From a virus (lineage: Duplodnaviria > Caudoviricetes), in IMG/VR virus record IMGVR_UViG_3300006133_000004, positions 1-64,000 of that record: a stretch of 64,000 nt of DNA. One strand, 5' to 3'. Position numbers and translations under genes: made by a program. This document shows positions 26,928-36,030 of the stretch, in pieces (the stretch's first letter is position 1; each line of letters begins with the position of its first letter). The notes beneath the pieces were generated by a model. It searched no databases. It was not told the DNA's origin and saw nothing but the letters and a program-made list of their open reading frames with translations.

Positions 26928-27203
26928 ATGAGACAAGTCATTCTTTATGGAATTTCTGGAGCAAGTAGGGCCTATACAGTTCTGAATTACTTCTGTATCT
27001 ACGAGGAATTCGTATCGATCAGCACTATCTTAGGGGAAGCGAGGCGACTTCGGATGAGAAATCCGGATATCGAGCACGTTTACGCAATAGATAATCGATA
27101 CGGGCTCCGCCGTGATTACAGGGAGAGCATGAAACGGAATAGTATCGAGAGCCATTACATTTTCAAGGATATTCTGGAAAGAGAAGGTATGCGAATTATT
27201 TAA
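26928..27203 (+). CDS. Hypothetical protein
   Basis: Motif 26891 and GGAGGTG RBS. Confidence 0.7.
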   Translation: MRQVILYGISGASRAYTVLNYFCIYEEFVSISTILGEARRLRMRNPDIEHVYAIDNRYGLRRDYRESMKRNSIESHYIFKDILEREGMRII

Positions 27204-27303
27204 CTCCGAGGAGGGTCCCGGCAGGGACTTTTCCTCTTTCCGCAGGAATGGCAGTTCCCTTTATGAGAGGCTTAGGCTTCATCTGTTATAAGGAGTGGAA
27301 ACT

Positions 27304-27465
27304 ATGTTTACAAAATTGGAAATGGTCGGAGCTATTGCTATCAGCCTGTTCGGCGGATTCGCCATCGGCTACAGCAAGGCAAGAGAAATCTGTTTGCAAG
27401 CAATCATCACTGCTACCGGAGAGCAGAAGGAACCCGAGACGACCGAGAAGGAGGAGACGCCCTAA
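27304..27465 (+). CDS. Small membrane protein (53 aa, below ORF-track cutoff)
   Basis: MFTKLEMVGAIAISLFGGFAIGYS...EETP; AAGGAG RBS; motif 27241; stop in hairpin loop. Confidence 0.7.
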   Translation: MFTKLEMVGAIAISLFGGFAIGYSKAREICLQAIITATGEQKEPETTEKEETP

Positions 27466-27540
27466 ACAGGGGCTCTCCCCTTTTCGCACAAACCACAGCA
27501 CCTTTTATGGAAGAATCCATATTTGAAAGGAGAAGCAACA

Positions 27541-27888
27541 ATGAGCATGGAAAAGTTCAAAAGGTTTGTGGAGGACCATAAAAAGGAGCTGATTGCCACT
27601 ACGGCGGTCGCTGGCGGAATCGTGCTGGTGATTCTCGGGTGCAAGCGCCACAGCGGGAAGGCGGTCAAGGCCAAAGGCATATTCAGGAGGAAAGATATTT
27701 CGATCCCGGATGGCCTCAAGGTCTGGGACACGTCATACCTCTGGGTGGAGGGAAAGTACCTGAACGCAATCGTCAACAGCATTCCCGTGGACGACCTGGG
27801 TGAACTGGGCAAGCAATACATCAAGCATGGGCTCGCACAGCCTGGCGACATTGCAAGTGTCGTTATTGGAGTCGAGTACAACAAGTGA
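27541..27888 (+). CDS. Membrane-anchored hypothetical protein
   Basis: Motif 27485, AAAGGAG RBS, hydrophobic helix near the N-terminus. Confidence 0.72.
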   Translation: MSMEKFKRFVEDHKKELIATTAVAGGIVLVILGCKRHSGKAVKAKGIFRRKDISIPDGLKVWDTSYLWVEGKYLNAIVNSIPVDDLGELGKQYIKHGLAQPGDIASVVIGVEYNK

Positions 27889-28001
27889 TTCTACCAAAGG
27901 TGGAGGCCGCTAAAGCAGCGGCTTTCGCCTTTTCACCGAGGTTGTTTGTACTTCAGTGTGGTTGCTAACTTAGAATAGCCGTTGAAAGGAGGTAGTCGTT
28001 A

Positions 28002-28253
28002 ATGAGTGAACAAGAATTTCATCCAGGCTCTGTTCCAGTAGCAGTAGTAGCCCGCGTCTATGGAAAAGATGCGTCTTGGGTTCGAGCCGGCATTGTGTCA
28101 GGATGGCTTCCGATTGGTAAGGCTACCCGAAACGGCAAACTGGTGACCAGCATCAACGAGATAGACAGCCGGTACGGACGTATCAACTTTTACATCTCGC
28201 CAAAACTCCTCTATGAGGAAACCGGATTTTTATGGAAAGGAGAAAAGCGATAA
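28002..28253 (+). CDS. HTH-like DNA-binding protein (excisionase/regulator-like)
   Basis: SVPVAVVARVYGKDASWVRAGI helix-turn-helix pattern; AGGAGG RBS. Confidence 0.6.
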   Translation: MSEQEFHPGSVPVAVVARVYGKDASWVRAGIVSGWLPIGKATRNGKLVTSINEIDSRYGRINFYISPKLLYEETGFLWKGEKR

Positions 28254-28254
28254 T

Positions 28255-28674
28255 ATGCCTACAAATGTACGACCCGAAGTATCCAAGAAGAATCCCTACT
28301 ACATAGAGCGTGAGCGATACTACGAGCTGAAACACTTCTGCCGGCAGTATCCGATTTGGAAGAAAGCTCATGCGGCCCTTGATGGGCTGAGCCGGCGACC
28401 TGCTGATTTGGAGTTGTTCAGCGAGACTGGAGAGACAAGCGATCCAACATTCCGATGCGTAGCGGCCCGTGAACGCTACTCCAGATGGATGGGTATGGTT
28501 GAGCAGTGCGCTCATGAAGCGGACCCCGAGCTCTACAAGTATCTCATGAGCTATGTTACGAAAGGAGATTGCTACAGCGTTCTCAAAATGCGTGACCATA
28601 TCCCCTGCTGCAAGGATGTGTTCTACGAGACGGCCCGTAAGTTCTTTTGGCTCCTTAACAAAGTTCGAGACTGA
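28255..28674 (+). CDS. Putative transcriptional regulator (RinA/ArpU-like, tentative)
   Basis: RYYELKHFCRQY...C.KD.FYE.ARKFFWLL pattern; coupled to the HTH gene. Confidence 0.5.
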   Translation: MPTNVRPEVSKKNPYYIERERYYELKHFCRQYPIWKKAHAALDGLSRRPADLELFSETGETSDPTFRCVAARERYSRWMGMVEQCAHEADPELYKYLMSYVTKGDCYSVLKMRDHIPCCKDVFYETARKFFWLLNKVRD

Positions 28675-28742
28675 TTTGGCATCTTCCGCAGAAAATACAT
28701 CCACCTTTATGGAAGACCCAATATTAGAAAGGAGTTTGACTT

Positions 28743-28919
28743 ATGAACCGTCGTTTTAACTGGATGGACAAGCCTGTCACCTGGGGAGGTTACTTTAAGC
28801 TGTGCGGCATTTGCACTGTGGTCGGAACGGCCATCGCTGCGATTGAGCTCATCGTGTTTATGGAGCCCGCCTGGTGGAAGGCTACAAAGAACTTTGTGAG
28901 AAGACTGTTCGACAGATGA
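28743..28919 (+). CDS. Small membrane protein (58 aa)
   Basis: Motif 28687, AAAGGAG RBS, central TM helix. Confidence 0.68.
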   Translation: MNRRFNWMDKPVTWGGYFKLCGICTVVGTAIAAIELIVFMEPAWWKATKNFVRRLFDR

Positions 28920-29033
28920 ACTATCGGCATATAGGTCGGCCAAGAGGGAGGTTGTGGAAACACGGCCTCTTCTCTTTTTTATATTTTTGCTCGCACAATT
29001 TACAATGACCTTTATGGAAAGGAGGTTCGATTT

Positions 29034-29213
29034 ATGACTTACAAGCAAATTGAGGCCAGCAGAGAATTGCGGCTTTGGATCGGGCAGGTAATCGTACCGG
29101 CTGTCAGCGTGACGGCGGTAGTGCTTGCTAATCCTGACGTGAGAAATGCGGCTAAGCAAAAGCTGGACAGCATCAAGCAGAAGTTCCAGACCAAAAAGAT
29201 CAGGGTCGTGTAG
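29034..29213 (+). CDS. Small membrane-associated protein (59 aa)
   Basis: MTYKQIEASRELRLWIGQVIVPAV...; motif 28992, AGGAGG RBS. Confidence 0.7.
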   Translation: MTYKQIEASRELRLWIGQVIVPAVSVTAVVLANPDVRNAAKQKLDSIKQKFQTKKIRVV

Positions 29214-29328
29214 CAGCGACCCTTTCTTTTATATTTTCCGCATATAGGTGACTGTAATGTGTGGTAAATTGGTATTCTAAAAAATTCCCGGGTGGAAAAT
29301 TCTGAAAAACAATTTTAGGAGGAATCCT

Positions 29329-29547
29329 ATGGAAATCGTAATCGCACTCGTAGCTGTCCTTATCGGCTTTATCATCGGTCGAGTCCTTCCCAGAGAGCGC
29401 CCCCTTGGCGATTTGCGGGTTGACAGGTCTGACCCGACTTGTGAGCCCTATCTTTTTCTTGAACTGGGTACGGATGTCCGTAACGTCATGAGTAAGCGGC
29501 ACGTTACATTTCGCGTCAAAGTCGAAAACTTCCTGCCGCACGAATAA
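29329..29547 (+). CDS. Small membrane-anchored protein
   Basis: AGGAGG RBS, N-terminal TM helix. Confidence 0.72.
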   Translation: MEIVIALVAVLIGFIIGRVLPRERPLGDLRVDRSDPTCEPYLFLELGTDVRNVMSKRHVTFRVKVENFLPHE

Positions 29548-29597
29548 CACCCGCTATTATGGAGCCCAACTCTAATATTTGAAAGGAGTAAAGCAAT

Positions 29598-30272
29598 ATG
29601 GCAGAGATCAAAAGTTTGTTGGACGGCGTGATCGAGCAGGAAATCCAAAACGTGGAGGCCCTGAGCTCTGGATCTGACGAGAAGTCGAAGGCGATCCAGA
29701 ATCTCGCAACCCTGCACAAACTCCGTATCGAGGAGATCAAGGCCGAGACCGAGGCGGAAGAGAAGCGTGAACGCCGGGTTATGGACAGCGAGCAGCGTAA
29801 AGCGGAACTCGCTCTGAAAGAAAAGCAGGCTACCCAGCATCAGGCTGAGCTCTCTATCAAGGAGCGCCAGGTGGATAGTGCCGAGGCAGAACGTAAGATG
29901 AAGGACGAACAGTTCAAAGCTGAACTCGCCCTGAAGAAGCGTCAAGCCGACGGCGACACCGCTGAGCACAAGTTGAAAGAGAAGCAGAGTGAGGCTGAGT
30001 CTCAGCATAAGGGTGCCGAGCTTGTTCTGAAGGAGCGGGAGCTTGACAGCAAGGATGCTGACCGTACCCAGGAGGGAGAGCTTCAGAAACGCCAGGCCCG
30101 GGATCAGATGGTCGACCGGTGTGTGAGAGCTGGTGTGGCGGTTGGAGAACTGGTACTGCCGTTGGTATTCTACGGCATCTGGATGAACAAGGGTTTCAAG
30201 TTCGAGGAAACCGGTTCGTTCACGTCGACCACATTCAAGAACTTGCTGAATCGCTTCAGACCCACGAAGTAA
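29598..30272 (+). CDS. Coiled-coil protein with internal AEL.LK..Q repeats and C-terminal TM helix
   Basis: Motif 29537, AAAGGAG RBS, repeats visible in translation. Confidence 0.75.
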   Translation: MAEIKSLLDGVIEQEIQNVEALSSGSDEKSKAIQNLATLHKLRIEEIKAETEAEEKRERRVMDSEQRKAELALKEKQATQHQAELSIKERQVDSAEAERKMKDEQFKAELALKKRQADGDTAEHKLKEKQSEAESQHKGAELVLKERELDSKDADRTQEGELQKRQARDQMVDRCVRAGVAVGELVLPLVFYGIWMNKGFKFEETGSFTSTTFKNLLNRFRPTK

Positions 30273-30373
30273 AGGGTAAGGCTACAAAAGCGGAGAGGGC
30301 GCGGAGATTTCGCGCTCTTTTCGTTTTCGCCATTTCTACAGCGCACTTTATGAGGAAGAAGAGCTCTTTTACC

Positions 30374-30402
30374 TCGACTATTAGCCAAGAGTGGAGTATA
30401 AT
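30374..30402 (+). promoter_or_regulatory. Sigma-A/70-type promoter
   Basis: TCGACT-N17-TATAAT upstream of the AGGAGG of the next gene. Confidence 0.55.
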
Positions 30403-30436
30403 ACTATACAACACTTCTGGACTACATCAGGAGGTA

Positions 30437-30772
30437 ATGAAAGTGCGTAAAAAGGGTAAAGAGATCATTCGGCCGGTAGGAGTTGAGATCAGGGAGTATC
30501 TCAATGACGGCTGGGGTATCTGCAACAACTGCGGAGCGCTTATGGATGAGGAAATCAGGGATAGAATTGGAGTATTCACCTGCCCGGCATGTGGCTGGGA
30601 GTGCGATGTTATGGATTATGAGTACGAGGAGGAAGACACTATGGAACTCGTACAGGATGAAAGAGGTGACGAGTACCTGATTCCGAGAGATGATATGCCG
30701 CCCGCGGGGTGCAGAGCTTGTGGAGGTCCATATCCCTACTGCAAAGCATCTTGCAAGATGTATGACGACTAA
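30437..30772 (+). CDS. Zinc-ribbon (three Cys clusters) acidic protein
   Basis: CNNC, CPAC and CRACGGPYPYC motifs; AGGAGG RBS. Confidence 0.72.
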   Translation: MKVRKKGKEIIRPVGVEIREYLNDGWGICNNCGALMDEEIRDRIGVFTCPACGWECDVMDYEYEEEDTMELVQDERGDEYLIPRDDMPPAGCRACGGPYPYCKASCKMYDD

Positions 30773-30978
30773 GCATTATCAAAATGGAGGAGAGTCCTGG
30801 AAAAGCCGGGGCTCTTTCTCTTTATCTCTGAACTTTGTGAGGAGATTCGCAGATTTTGCAAATCGTATTATGGAAAGGAAGTATGAGAGACGCATGTTGT
30901 TGGTGAAAACCCAACCATCTACGAGGAGTGCGATCCTCCCTCGTAGCCTTTTCTTTTTATTTTCTTGGAGGGATTGTG

Positions 30979-31338
30979 ATGCGCTATCATTTCGAGAAGC
31001 CGGCTGTTTCGCTGTCGATGTATGGTCGGCGTTACATTTGCAACCATCCGGTGTATGACAGTTGCACCTTGTTCGAAATTGATGAAAAGGGTTTAGCTGT
31101 GATACAGCAGAGATTTGATCCTAAGACAAAGAGTACATCCTGGACAGAGGTAGACGCCTATTTGACCGACGTTTTATATTTGCACCCCAAGTTCAAGGAG
31201 TTCTTTGACAGTCGGGCCAGAACTTGTACGGACGGCCTCTACCCTACCGTAACCATTCGGCAAATCATGTGGGCTTTGAAAATGAAGCCTTTGCCTAAGC
31301 AAACATGGGAAACCGTGTTCGACCGTTCGCCAATTTAG
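30979..31338 (+). CDS. Hypothetical protein
   Basis: GGAGG RBS, 119 aa. Confidence 0.7.
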   Translation: MRYHFEKPAVSLSMYGRRYICNHPVYDSCTLFEIDEKGLAVIQQRFDPKTKSTSWTEVDAYLTDVLYLHPKFKEFFDSRARTCTDGLYPTVTIRQIMWALKMKPLPKQTWETVFDRSPI

Positions 31339-31396
31339 CGCCGAATAGACAGCCTCTCTTATGGAGAGATCCAAAATTTTTGAAGGGAGCTAAATT

Positions 31397-32113
31397 ATGA
31401 ATCTCAAACTTTTGAAGAGCTTAGGGGCTTTGTGCAAAGAGCAGTTACCTACGATCCTATCAGGAGCGGCAGTGATTGGAGTCTTTGCAACTGGAATCTG
31501 TGCGGCTAAGGCAACTTTGAAAGCAAAGGAAGAGGTTGAGAAGCTGGAGGAGCCGACAACCTTTGAGAAGTTCAAGGTGGCGGCACCCATTTATGGGCCG
31601 TGCGTTGCCATCGGAGGAGCAACCGTTGCTTGCATTCTTGGTGCCAACCGAGTCAGTGTCAAGCGTTATGCAGCTCTTGCTGGGACTTGCGCTATTGCAA
31701 AGACTCAACTGCAAGAGCACAAGGACAAGGTGCTTGAGATGTTTGGCAAAGAGAAAGCAGAAGCTGTTGAACAGGAGATTGCCAAAGATCAAGTAAGCAA
31801 GAAGGCGACTGGCGGACTAATCTGTGCAAGCGACGAGCTCGTGACATGCAAGGATCTTGTGACTGGGATGGTGTTCAAGTCAAGCATGGTCCGGATACAA
31901 GCTGCGGCAAACAACGTCAACACATTGGTGCTACTGGATGGCGCTGCTGGGTTGACGGATTTCTACGATCAGCTTGACGAAGAACACACGCCAATCATGG
32001 AAAGAGTACGATGGCATTGCGATTCACGCATTCCGACGATGCAGATAGAGTTTGGAGCGGAGATTTCGGAGCATGGACTCCCATACTTGACGTTCACTTA
32101 CGAGTGTGACTGA
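31397..32113 (+). CDS. DUF6353-like membrane-associated protein, paralogue 1
   Basis: PTILSG...AAKATLKA / YGPC...CILGAN pattern shared with three other ORFs. Confidence 0.75.
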   Translation: MNLKLLKSLGALCKEQLPTILSGAAVIGVFATGICAAKATLKAKEEVEKLEEPTTFEKFKVAAPIYGPCVAIGGATVACILGANRVSVKRYAALAGTCAIAKTQLQEHKDKVLEMFGKEKAEAVEQEIAKDQVSKKATGGLICASDELVTCKDLVTGMVFKSSMVRIQAAANNVNTLVLLDGAAGLTDFYDQLDEEHTPIMERVRWHCDSRIPTMQIEFGAEISEHGLPYLTFTYECD

Positions 32114-32210
32114 TGGTGACTGCTGAGGGGCGCAAAGCCTCTTAGCTTTTTACCGCCAATTCCGCAACTCCTATTATGGACACCAATACCTATGAAAGGG
32201 GTTAAGGAGT

Positions 32211-32426
32211 ATGGATGAGATGAGAATTGAATCGAAGTTTACAAGAGGAATTGCGTCGAGGCTTATCAAGAAGGCCATGCGTGACAAATTGGGCTACAAT
32301 GTAGATGTTCAGCTCAATAAGTTCCGCACGACCGTCATCGAGGAGAAGACGCACGTCCATCTGGACATCGAACTGGATCTCAGCAAAGAGGAACTTGACA
32401 AACTGTTAAAGAGCATTGGTCTCTGA
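32211..32426 (+). CDS. Hypothetical protein
   Basis: Motif 32154, AAGGAG RBS. Confidence 0.72.
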   Translation: MDEMRIESKFTRGIASRLIKKAMRDKLGYNVDVQLNKFRTTVIEEKTHVHLDIELDLSKEELDKLLKSIGL

Positions 32427-32480
32427 GGCAAAAGCCGCTGTTACGCAAGATATTCACACCGTATTATGGAGGTGATCGCT

Positions 32481-32668
32481 ATGAGATTTGACAGCAAAAA
32501 GGTATTCAAGTTTGCGGGAGAAGTTAGTGGTTGTGTCGTCATGGGAATTGTTTCCGCGGCAACGCAGACGCTTTGGTACAGAATCGCAGAACCCAAGATA
32601 CTTAACGCTATGGACAAAAATGAGGCAAAGCGAAAGCAGCCAATAGGTTTTAGGGGGGGGAGTCCTAA
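32481..32668 (+). CDS. Small membrane protein; probable frameshift at G8 tract near 3' end
   Basis: Motif 32444 and RBS. One extra G at 32653-32660 gives ...GGES-stop with TAA in the terminator loop, as in neighbouring units. Confidence 0.6.
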
Positions 32669-32711
32669 CGGGCTCCTCTCTCCTTTTCGCAGATTTTGCA
32701 CATTCCTTTAT

Positions 32712-32770
32712 GGAGAGAAAGAGTTCTGCCCGATTAGCGTTGGGAGCAAGAATTGTGGCGACTTTCTCTC
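32712..32770 (+). ncRNA. Candidate small hairpin RNA (ORF-less motif unit)
   Basis: 9-bp closing stem GAGAGAAAG/CTTTCTCTC immediately after motif 32688, then a T-run and the next motif. Confidence 0.45.
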
Positions 32771-32810
32771 TTTTTCTTCCGCAGATTTTACAAATCGTAT
32801 TATGGAGAGG

Positions 32811-32882
32811 AGACAGTTAGCTCAGTTGGTAGAGCGCAACCTGAAATGGTTGAGGTCATCGGTTCGAGTCCGATACAGCCTC
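32811..32882 (+). tRNA. Degenerate tRNA-Phe(GAA)-like element (probably not a translating tRNA)
   Basis: Perfect D-arm GCTC-AGTTGGTA-GAGC and T-arm ATCGG-TTCGAGT-CCGAT; anticodon stem CAACC/GGTTG with only a 6-nt loop TGAAAT; acceptor 5/7 paired; no CCA. Confidence 0.6.
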
Positions 32883-32916
32883 TCTAATTTTTTCGTCGAG
32901 GAAAGGAGAAACAGGA

Positions 32917-33102
32917 ATGAGAAAAGAAATGAAGCCGATTCTCATCGGCGCATTGACCGCAGGCGTCATCATTGCGGTTGGTGTTGGGTTTCATGCATGG
33001 ACCATCAAAACTATCCCTTATTCCTATCGTCAGAATCTCTTAGATGCCGTTGACTATCTCGCCGGCAAAAATGTTTTCAACAGAGTCGATTCATTACAGT
33101 AA
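32917..33102 (+). CDS. Small membrane-anchored protein
   Basis: AAAGGAG upstream, N-terminal TM helix. Confidence 0.6.
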   Translation: MRKEMKPILIGALTAGVIIAVGVGFHAWTIKTIPYSYRQNLLDAVDYLAGKNVFNRVDSLQ

Positions 33103-33125
33103 AACAATGAAAGGAGAAAATCAAA

Positions 33126-33596
33126 ATGGAAATCAAAATCGTAGGAGAAGTCAAGTTCAGAAACCGCGTCCTCGCTGTCTATGGGGATCTGGATGCGCCC
33201 CTCTTCAAGGCTGCGGACGTCGCCGATCTGGTGGAGTACGGCGAGGGGAATGTCTGGAACCTTGTTCGGCTCTGTGAGGAGGACGAGCATATGCTCCTTC
33301 CGCTCGTAGTCGCTGGGCAGAAGCGGCAGGTAACTTTCATCACCGAGACCGGCCTCTACAACGTCCTGGCCCAAAGCAGAAAGCCTCTTGCCAGAGCATG
33401 GCGGCGTATCGTTCACGAGGAACTGATTGCGCTCCGGCGGTCCCAGGGTAAGAACGTCTCTGAGAAGTTCGACGAGTGGGACCATCTGGCCGACAACATC
33501 TACTTCGATGAGGAACGGGGCTGTCTGATGCGCTCTGTGACCGTTCAGGGCGGCGATGTCGAGCAGGTTCCGTATGAGCTTGATGACCGGAGGTAG
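33126..33596 (+). CDS. BRO-N domain protein (antirepressor-like)
   Basis: PLFKAADVA...FITETGLYNVLAQSRKPLARAWRR, a canonical BRO-N pattern. Confidence 0.85.
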   Translation: MEIKIVGEVKFRNRVLAVYGDLDAPLFKAADVADLVEYGEGNVWNLVRLCEEDEHMLLPLVVAGQKRQVTFITETGLYNVLAQSRKPLARAWRRIVHEELIALRRSQGKNVSEKFDEWDHLADNIYFDEERGCLMRSVTVQGGDVEQVPYELDDRR

Positions 33597-33598
33597 AA

Positions 33599-34099
33599 AT
33601 GAATCGACAAATCTACGTCCACTATGGATCAACAGCCTTTGACCCAACCAAAGGTTTTCCTATCAAAAATGTTAAGGACTGGATTAAACCAGAGGGAGGA
33701 CTTTGGGCGTCACAGATAAATGCGACACGAGGTTGGAAAGATTGGTGTGAAACTGAGGATTTCAGAGAATGCACCGAAAAGCTCTCCTTCAAGTTTACCG
33801 TCAAAGATGGTTCAAATATAGCGGTCATCAAATCTACAGAAGATCTTGAGAAACTTCCTGTACAAGAAGGGTCCAGATGGAGCAAAGATACACCGTGGAG
33901 GAGATATATTATTGACTTTGAAAAGTGTATCAATCAGGGAATAGATGCAGTTGAACTCTGTATTTATGGTGATGAGTATGATTGTGAAGATTACTTTGAA
34001 CTCCATCATTCGCTTTATGGTTGGGATTGTGATTCCATTGTAATACTCAATCCGAATGTGGTAATTCCCGTTTCCGATAGGGAAGGAATCATTGCATGA
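33599..34099 (+). CDS. Hypothetical protein
   Basis: GAGGT RBS; KPEGGLWAS...YGWDCDSIVILN; 166 aa. Confidence 0.72.
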   Translation: MNRQIYVHYGSTAFDPTKGFPIKNVKDWIKPEGGLWASQINATRGWKDWCETEDFRECTEKLSFKFTVKDGSNIAVIKSTEDLEKLPVQEGSRWSKDTPWRRYIIDFEKCINQGIDAVELCIYGDEYDCEDYFELHHSLYGWDCDSIVILNPNVVIPVSDREGIIA

Positions 34100-34458
34100 A
34101 ACCCGAAATCGATTATGACCACATCGTGATAGGTTCTTACATTGATGATCTTCTCAAAGATGTTGAGCGGAACTTAAAACGTACTGCACTGCGAGATCCA
34201 TACTTCAAGCAATTAAGTGTTGAGAAGTTTGCGCTTGAAACATTACTCCAGGAAATCATCGAGTGTAATGGCATTGTTACACCGATAGAGGTACTTGAAC
34301 GTTTTGCCCAGGAAGCCGAACGATGCATTGTCGACAGCCGTGACCCAAACAGCAGCTATACTTTTGAAGTGTCGAGAGACACAGCGATATCCATTTTAGA
34401 TGGACTCTATTTTGGATATTTGGAAGGAGAAAAACGCGGTGGATTTGAAGAAACATAG
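34096..34458 (+). CDS. Helical hypothetical protein (family shared with 35697 and 47483)
   Basis: Overlapping ATGA start; weak paralogy pattern. Confidence 0.68.
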   Translation: MKPEIDYDHIVIGSYIDDLLKDVERNLKRTALRDPYFKQLSVEKFALETLLQEIIECNGIVTPIEVLERFAQEAERCIVDSRDPNSSYTFEVSRDTAISILDGLYFGYLEGEKRGGFEET

Positions 34459-34618
34459 AAACCTCTGGAACGATGTCATTTATGGAACTCCGATGGCATC
34501 CTTAGCGGCTGCGAGCAAGCTTTATGATCTCGGTGAAATGAGTAAAAAGACGTTCCAAGTCCTTGTTCTCGCAGCGGGCATCGAATCTACAGATAAAAAA
34601 GGAGGTAAATGGAAATGA
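34439..34618 (+). CDS. Small hypothetical protein
   Basis: GTG after GAAGGAG; fills the gap between genes. Confidence 0.45.
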   Translation: MDLKKHRNLWNDVIYGTPMASLAAASKLYDLGEMSKKTFQVLVLAAGIESTDKKGGKWK

Positions 34619-35439
34619 AGCCTAAGCAAGGTCTGGTGAAGCAGACCCAAAAAGCCTTAAAAAAGGCGTCGCCGACAATCTTGAGCATCCTCGGAGTTGT
34701 CGGCGTGGTTACAACGGCGGTTTTGGCCGTCAAAGCTACACCCAAAGCCCTCGAACGTATTGAGGATGCTAAAGAGGCTAAAAACCTCGAAAACGGCAAA
34801 GATTTGACCCGGATGGAGACGGCAGCAGCTTGCTGGCAATGTTATATCCCTGCTGCCGCCACTGGAATCGCCACAATCGGGTGCATTATGGGCGCAAATG
34901 TCCTGAATCGGCGTCAACAGGCTTCTCTCGCCAGTGCGTATGCTTTACTTAACCGAACGTACCAGGACTACACAAAATCGGTCAAGAACGTCTTCGGCGA
35001 AGAAGGTCATAAGCGCGTCTTGGAGGATATGGCCATTGAGCGGGTTCCCGAGAATCACACAATCTATACCGAGGGTATGTTTGAATCTACTACCTTAGAT
35101 TTCTGCATCCCTGAGGAGGAGCATCTGTTTTACGATGTTTATTCCAACCGGCAATTCGCTTCTACCATCGGAAAGGTGCTTCAGGCCGAATACCATCTGA
35201 ACAGGATGTTCGCTCTGAATGGAAATGTCTCACTCAATGACTTCTATAAGTATCTCGGACTCGACCCTGTTCCTGAAGGAGACGACATTGGATGGTGGGT
35301 CGATTTCGATAATGAGGTATATTGGGTCGAGTTCAATCATGCTGTCTCTTACATTGATGACGGGCCTGAACATCCGCAAGTCGAGTGTCTCATTATTGAG
35401 TTTCCTCAGCCGCCGGGTCTTCCGCCTCCCGAGGAGTAA
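34609..35439 (+). CDS. DUF6353-like protein, paralogue 2
   Basis: SPTILSILG...AVKATPKA...YIPAAATG...LNDFYKYLG. Confidence 0.8.
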   Translation: MEMKPKQGLVKQTQKALKKASPTILSILGVVGVVTTAVLAVKATPKALERIEDAKEAKNLENGKDLTRMETAAACWQCYIPAAATGIATIGCIMGANVLNRRQQASLASAYALLNRTYQDYTKSVKNVFGEEGHKRVLEDMAIERVPENHTIYTEGMFESTTLDFCIPEEEHLFYDVYSNRQFASTIGKVLQAEYHLNRMFALNGNVSLNDFYKYLGLDPVPEGDDIGWWVDFDNEVYWVEFNHAVSYIDDGPEHPQVECLIIEFPQPPGLPPPEE

Positions 35440-35485
35440 TCCGCAGAAACAACACACTCTATTGTGGAAAGGAGGCTAAGGCTTC

Positions 35486-35659
35486 ATGGATAAGAAAGCT
35501 ATCTTCAGAGTCATGTCCATGATCGGTATGGTCCTTGGAGCGGTGGGAACGCTGCTGTCCAACTGGGCCGACGATCGTGAGCAGGACATGCTGATTGACG
35601 AGAAGATCAATGAAAAACTTGCCGCCCGTGAAAGTGAAGAAGAGAGTGAGGAGCCCTGA
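35486..35659 (+). CDS. Small membrane protein (57 aa)
   Basis: Motif 35442, AGGAGG RBS, stop in hairpin loop. Confidence 0.7.
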   Translation: MDKKAIFRVMSMIGMVLGAVGTLLSNWADDREQDMLIDEKINEKLAARESEEESEEP

Positions 35660-35696
35660 CAGGGGCTCTTCGCTTTTGGATGGGGAAGAACTGCAC

Positions 35697-35999
35697 ATGA
35701 ACGAACGGGCAATTATCACGCTGAATCGGATGCTGGAAATGTACGAAGATGCTCCATATTTTGATTGGCCGCAACATGAGCTTGAAGAGGTTGCGTTCTC
35801 AAGATGTGCCATTGAAGAAATTTTACAACTGGTTTGGGACCATCCGTGGACTCTGGCATCCGACACCATCGAAAATTTTGCATTAACGATGGAACTTTAC
35901 AAGCATTCGTCTGTTACGGACGAACAAAGGCGGATATTTTCAGTTTTAGCAGAAACGACTTGTGAAATTCTGCAAGAAATCGAATCACTTGAAAAGTAG
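35697..35999 (+). CDS. Helical hypothetical protein
   Basis: FSRCAIEEIL...P...IENF...RIFSV pattern. Confidence 0.65.
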   Translation: MNERAIITLNRMLEMYEDAPYFDWPQHELEEVAFSRCAIEEILQLVWDHPWTLASDTIENFALTMELYKHSSVTDEQRRIFSVLAETTCEILQEIESLEK

Positions 36000-36030
36000 C
36001 CCCAAAAATACGTTTGAAAGGAGTCATATT

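Noticed and set aside
29239-29265. Extra copy of the CGCA motif
   Set aside because: TTTCCGCA is present but neither the CA nor the TTAYG box is in register; not counted.
26439-32852. TGAAAT loops as CRISPR-repeat mimics (RNA anti-CRISPR)
   Set aside because: They only share a hexamer with the ATTGAAA(C/T) repeat end, and it lies in a hairpin loop, not 3' of one. Needs comparison with host repeats.
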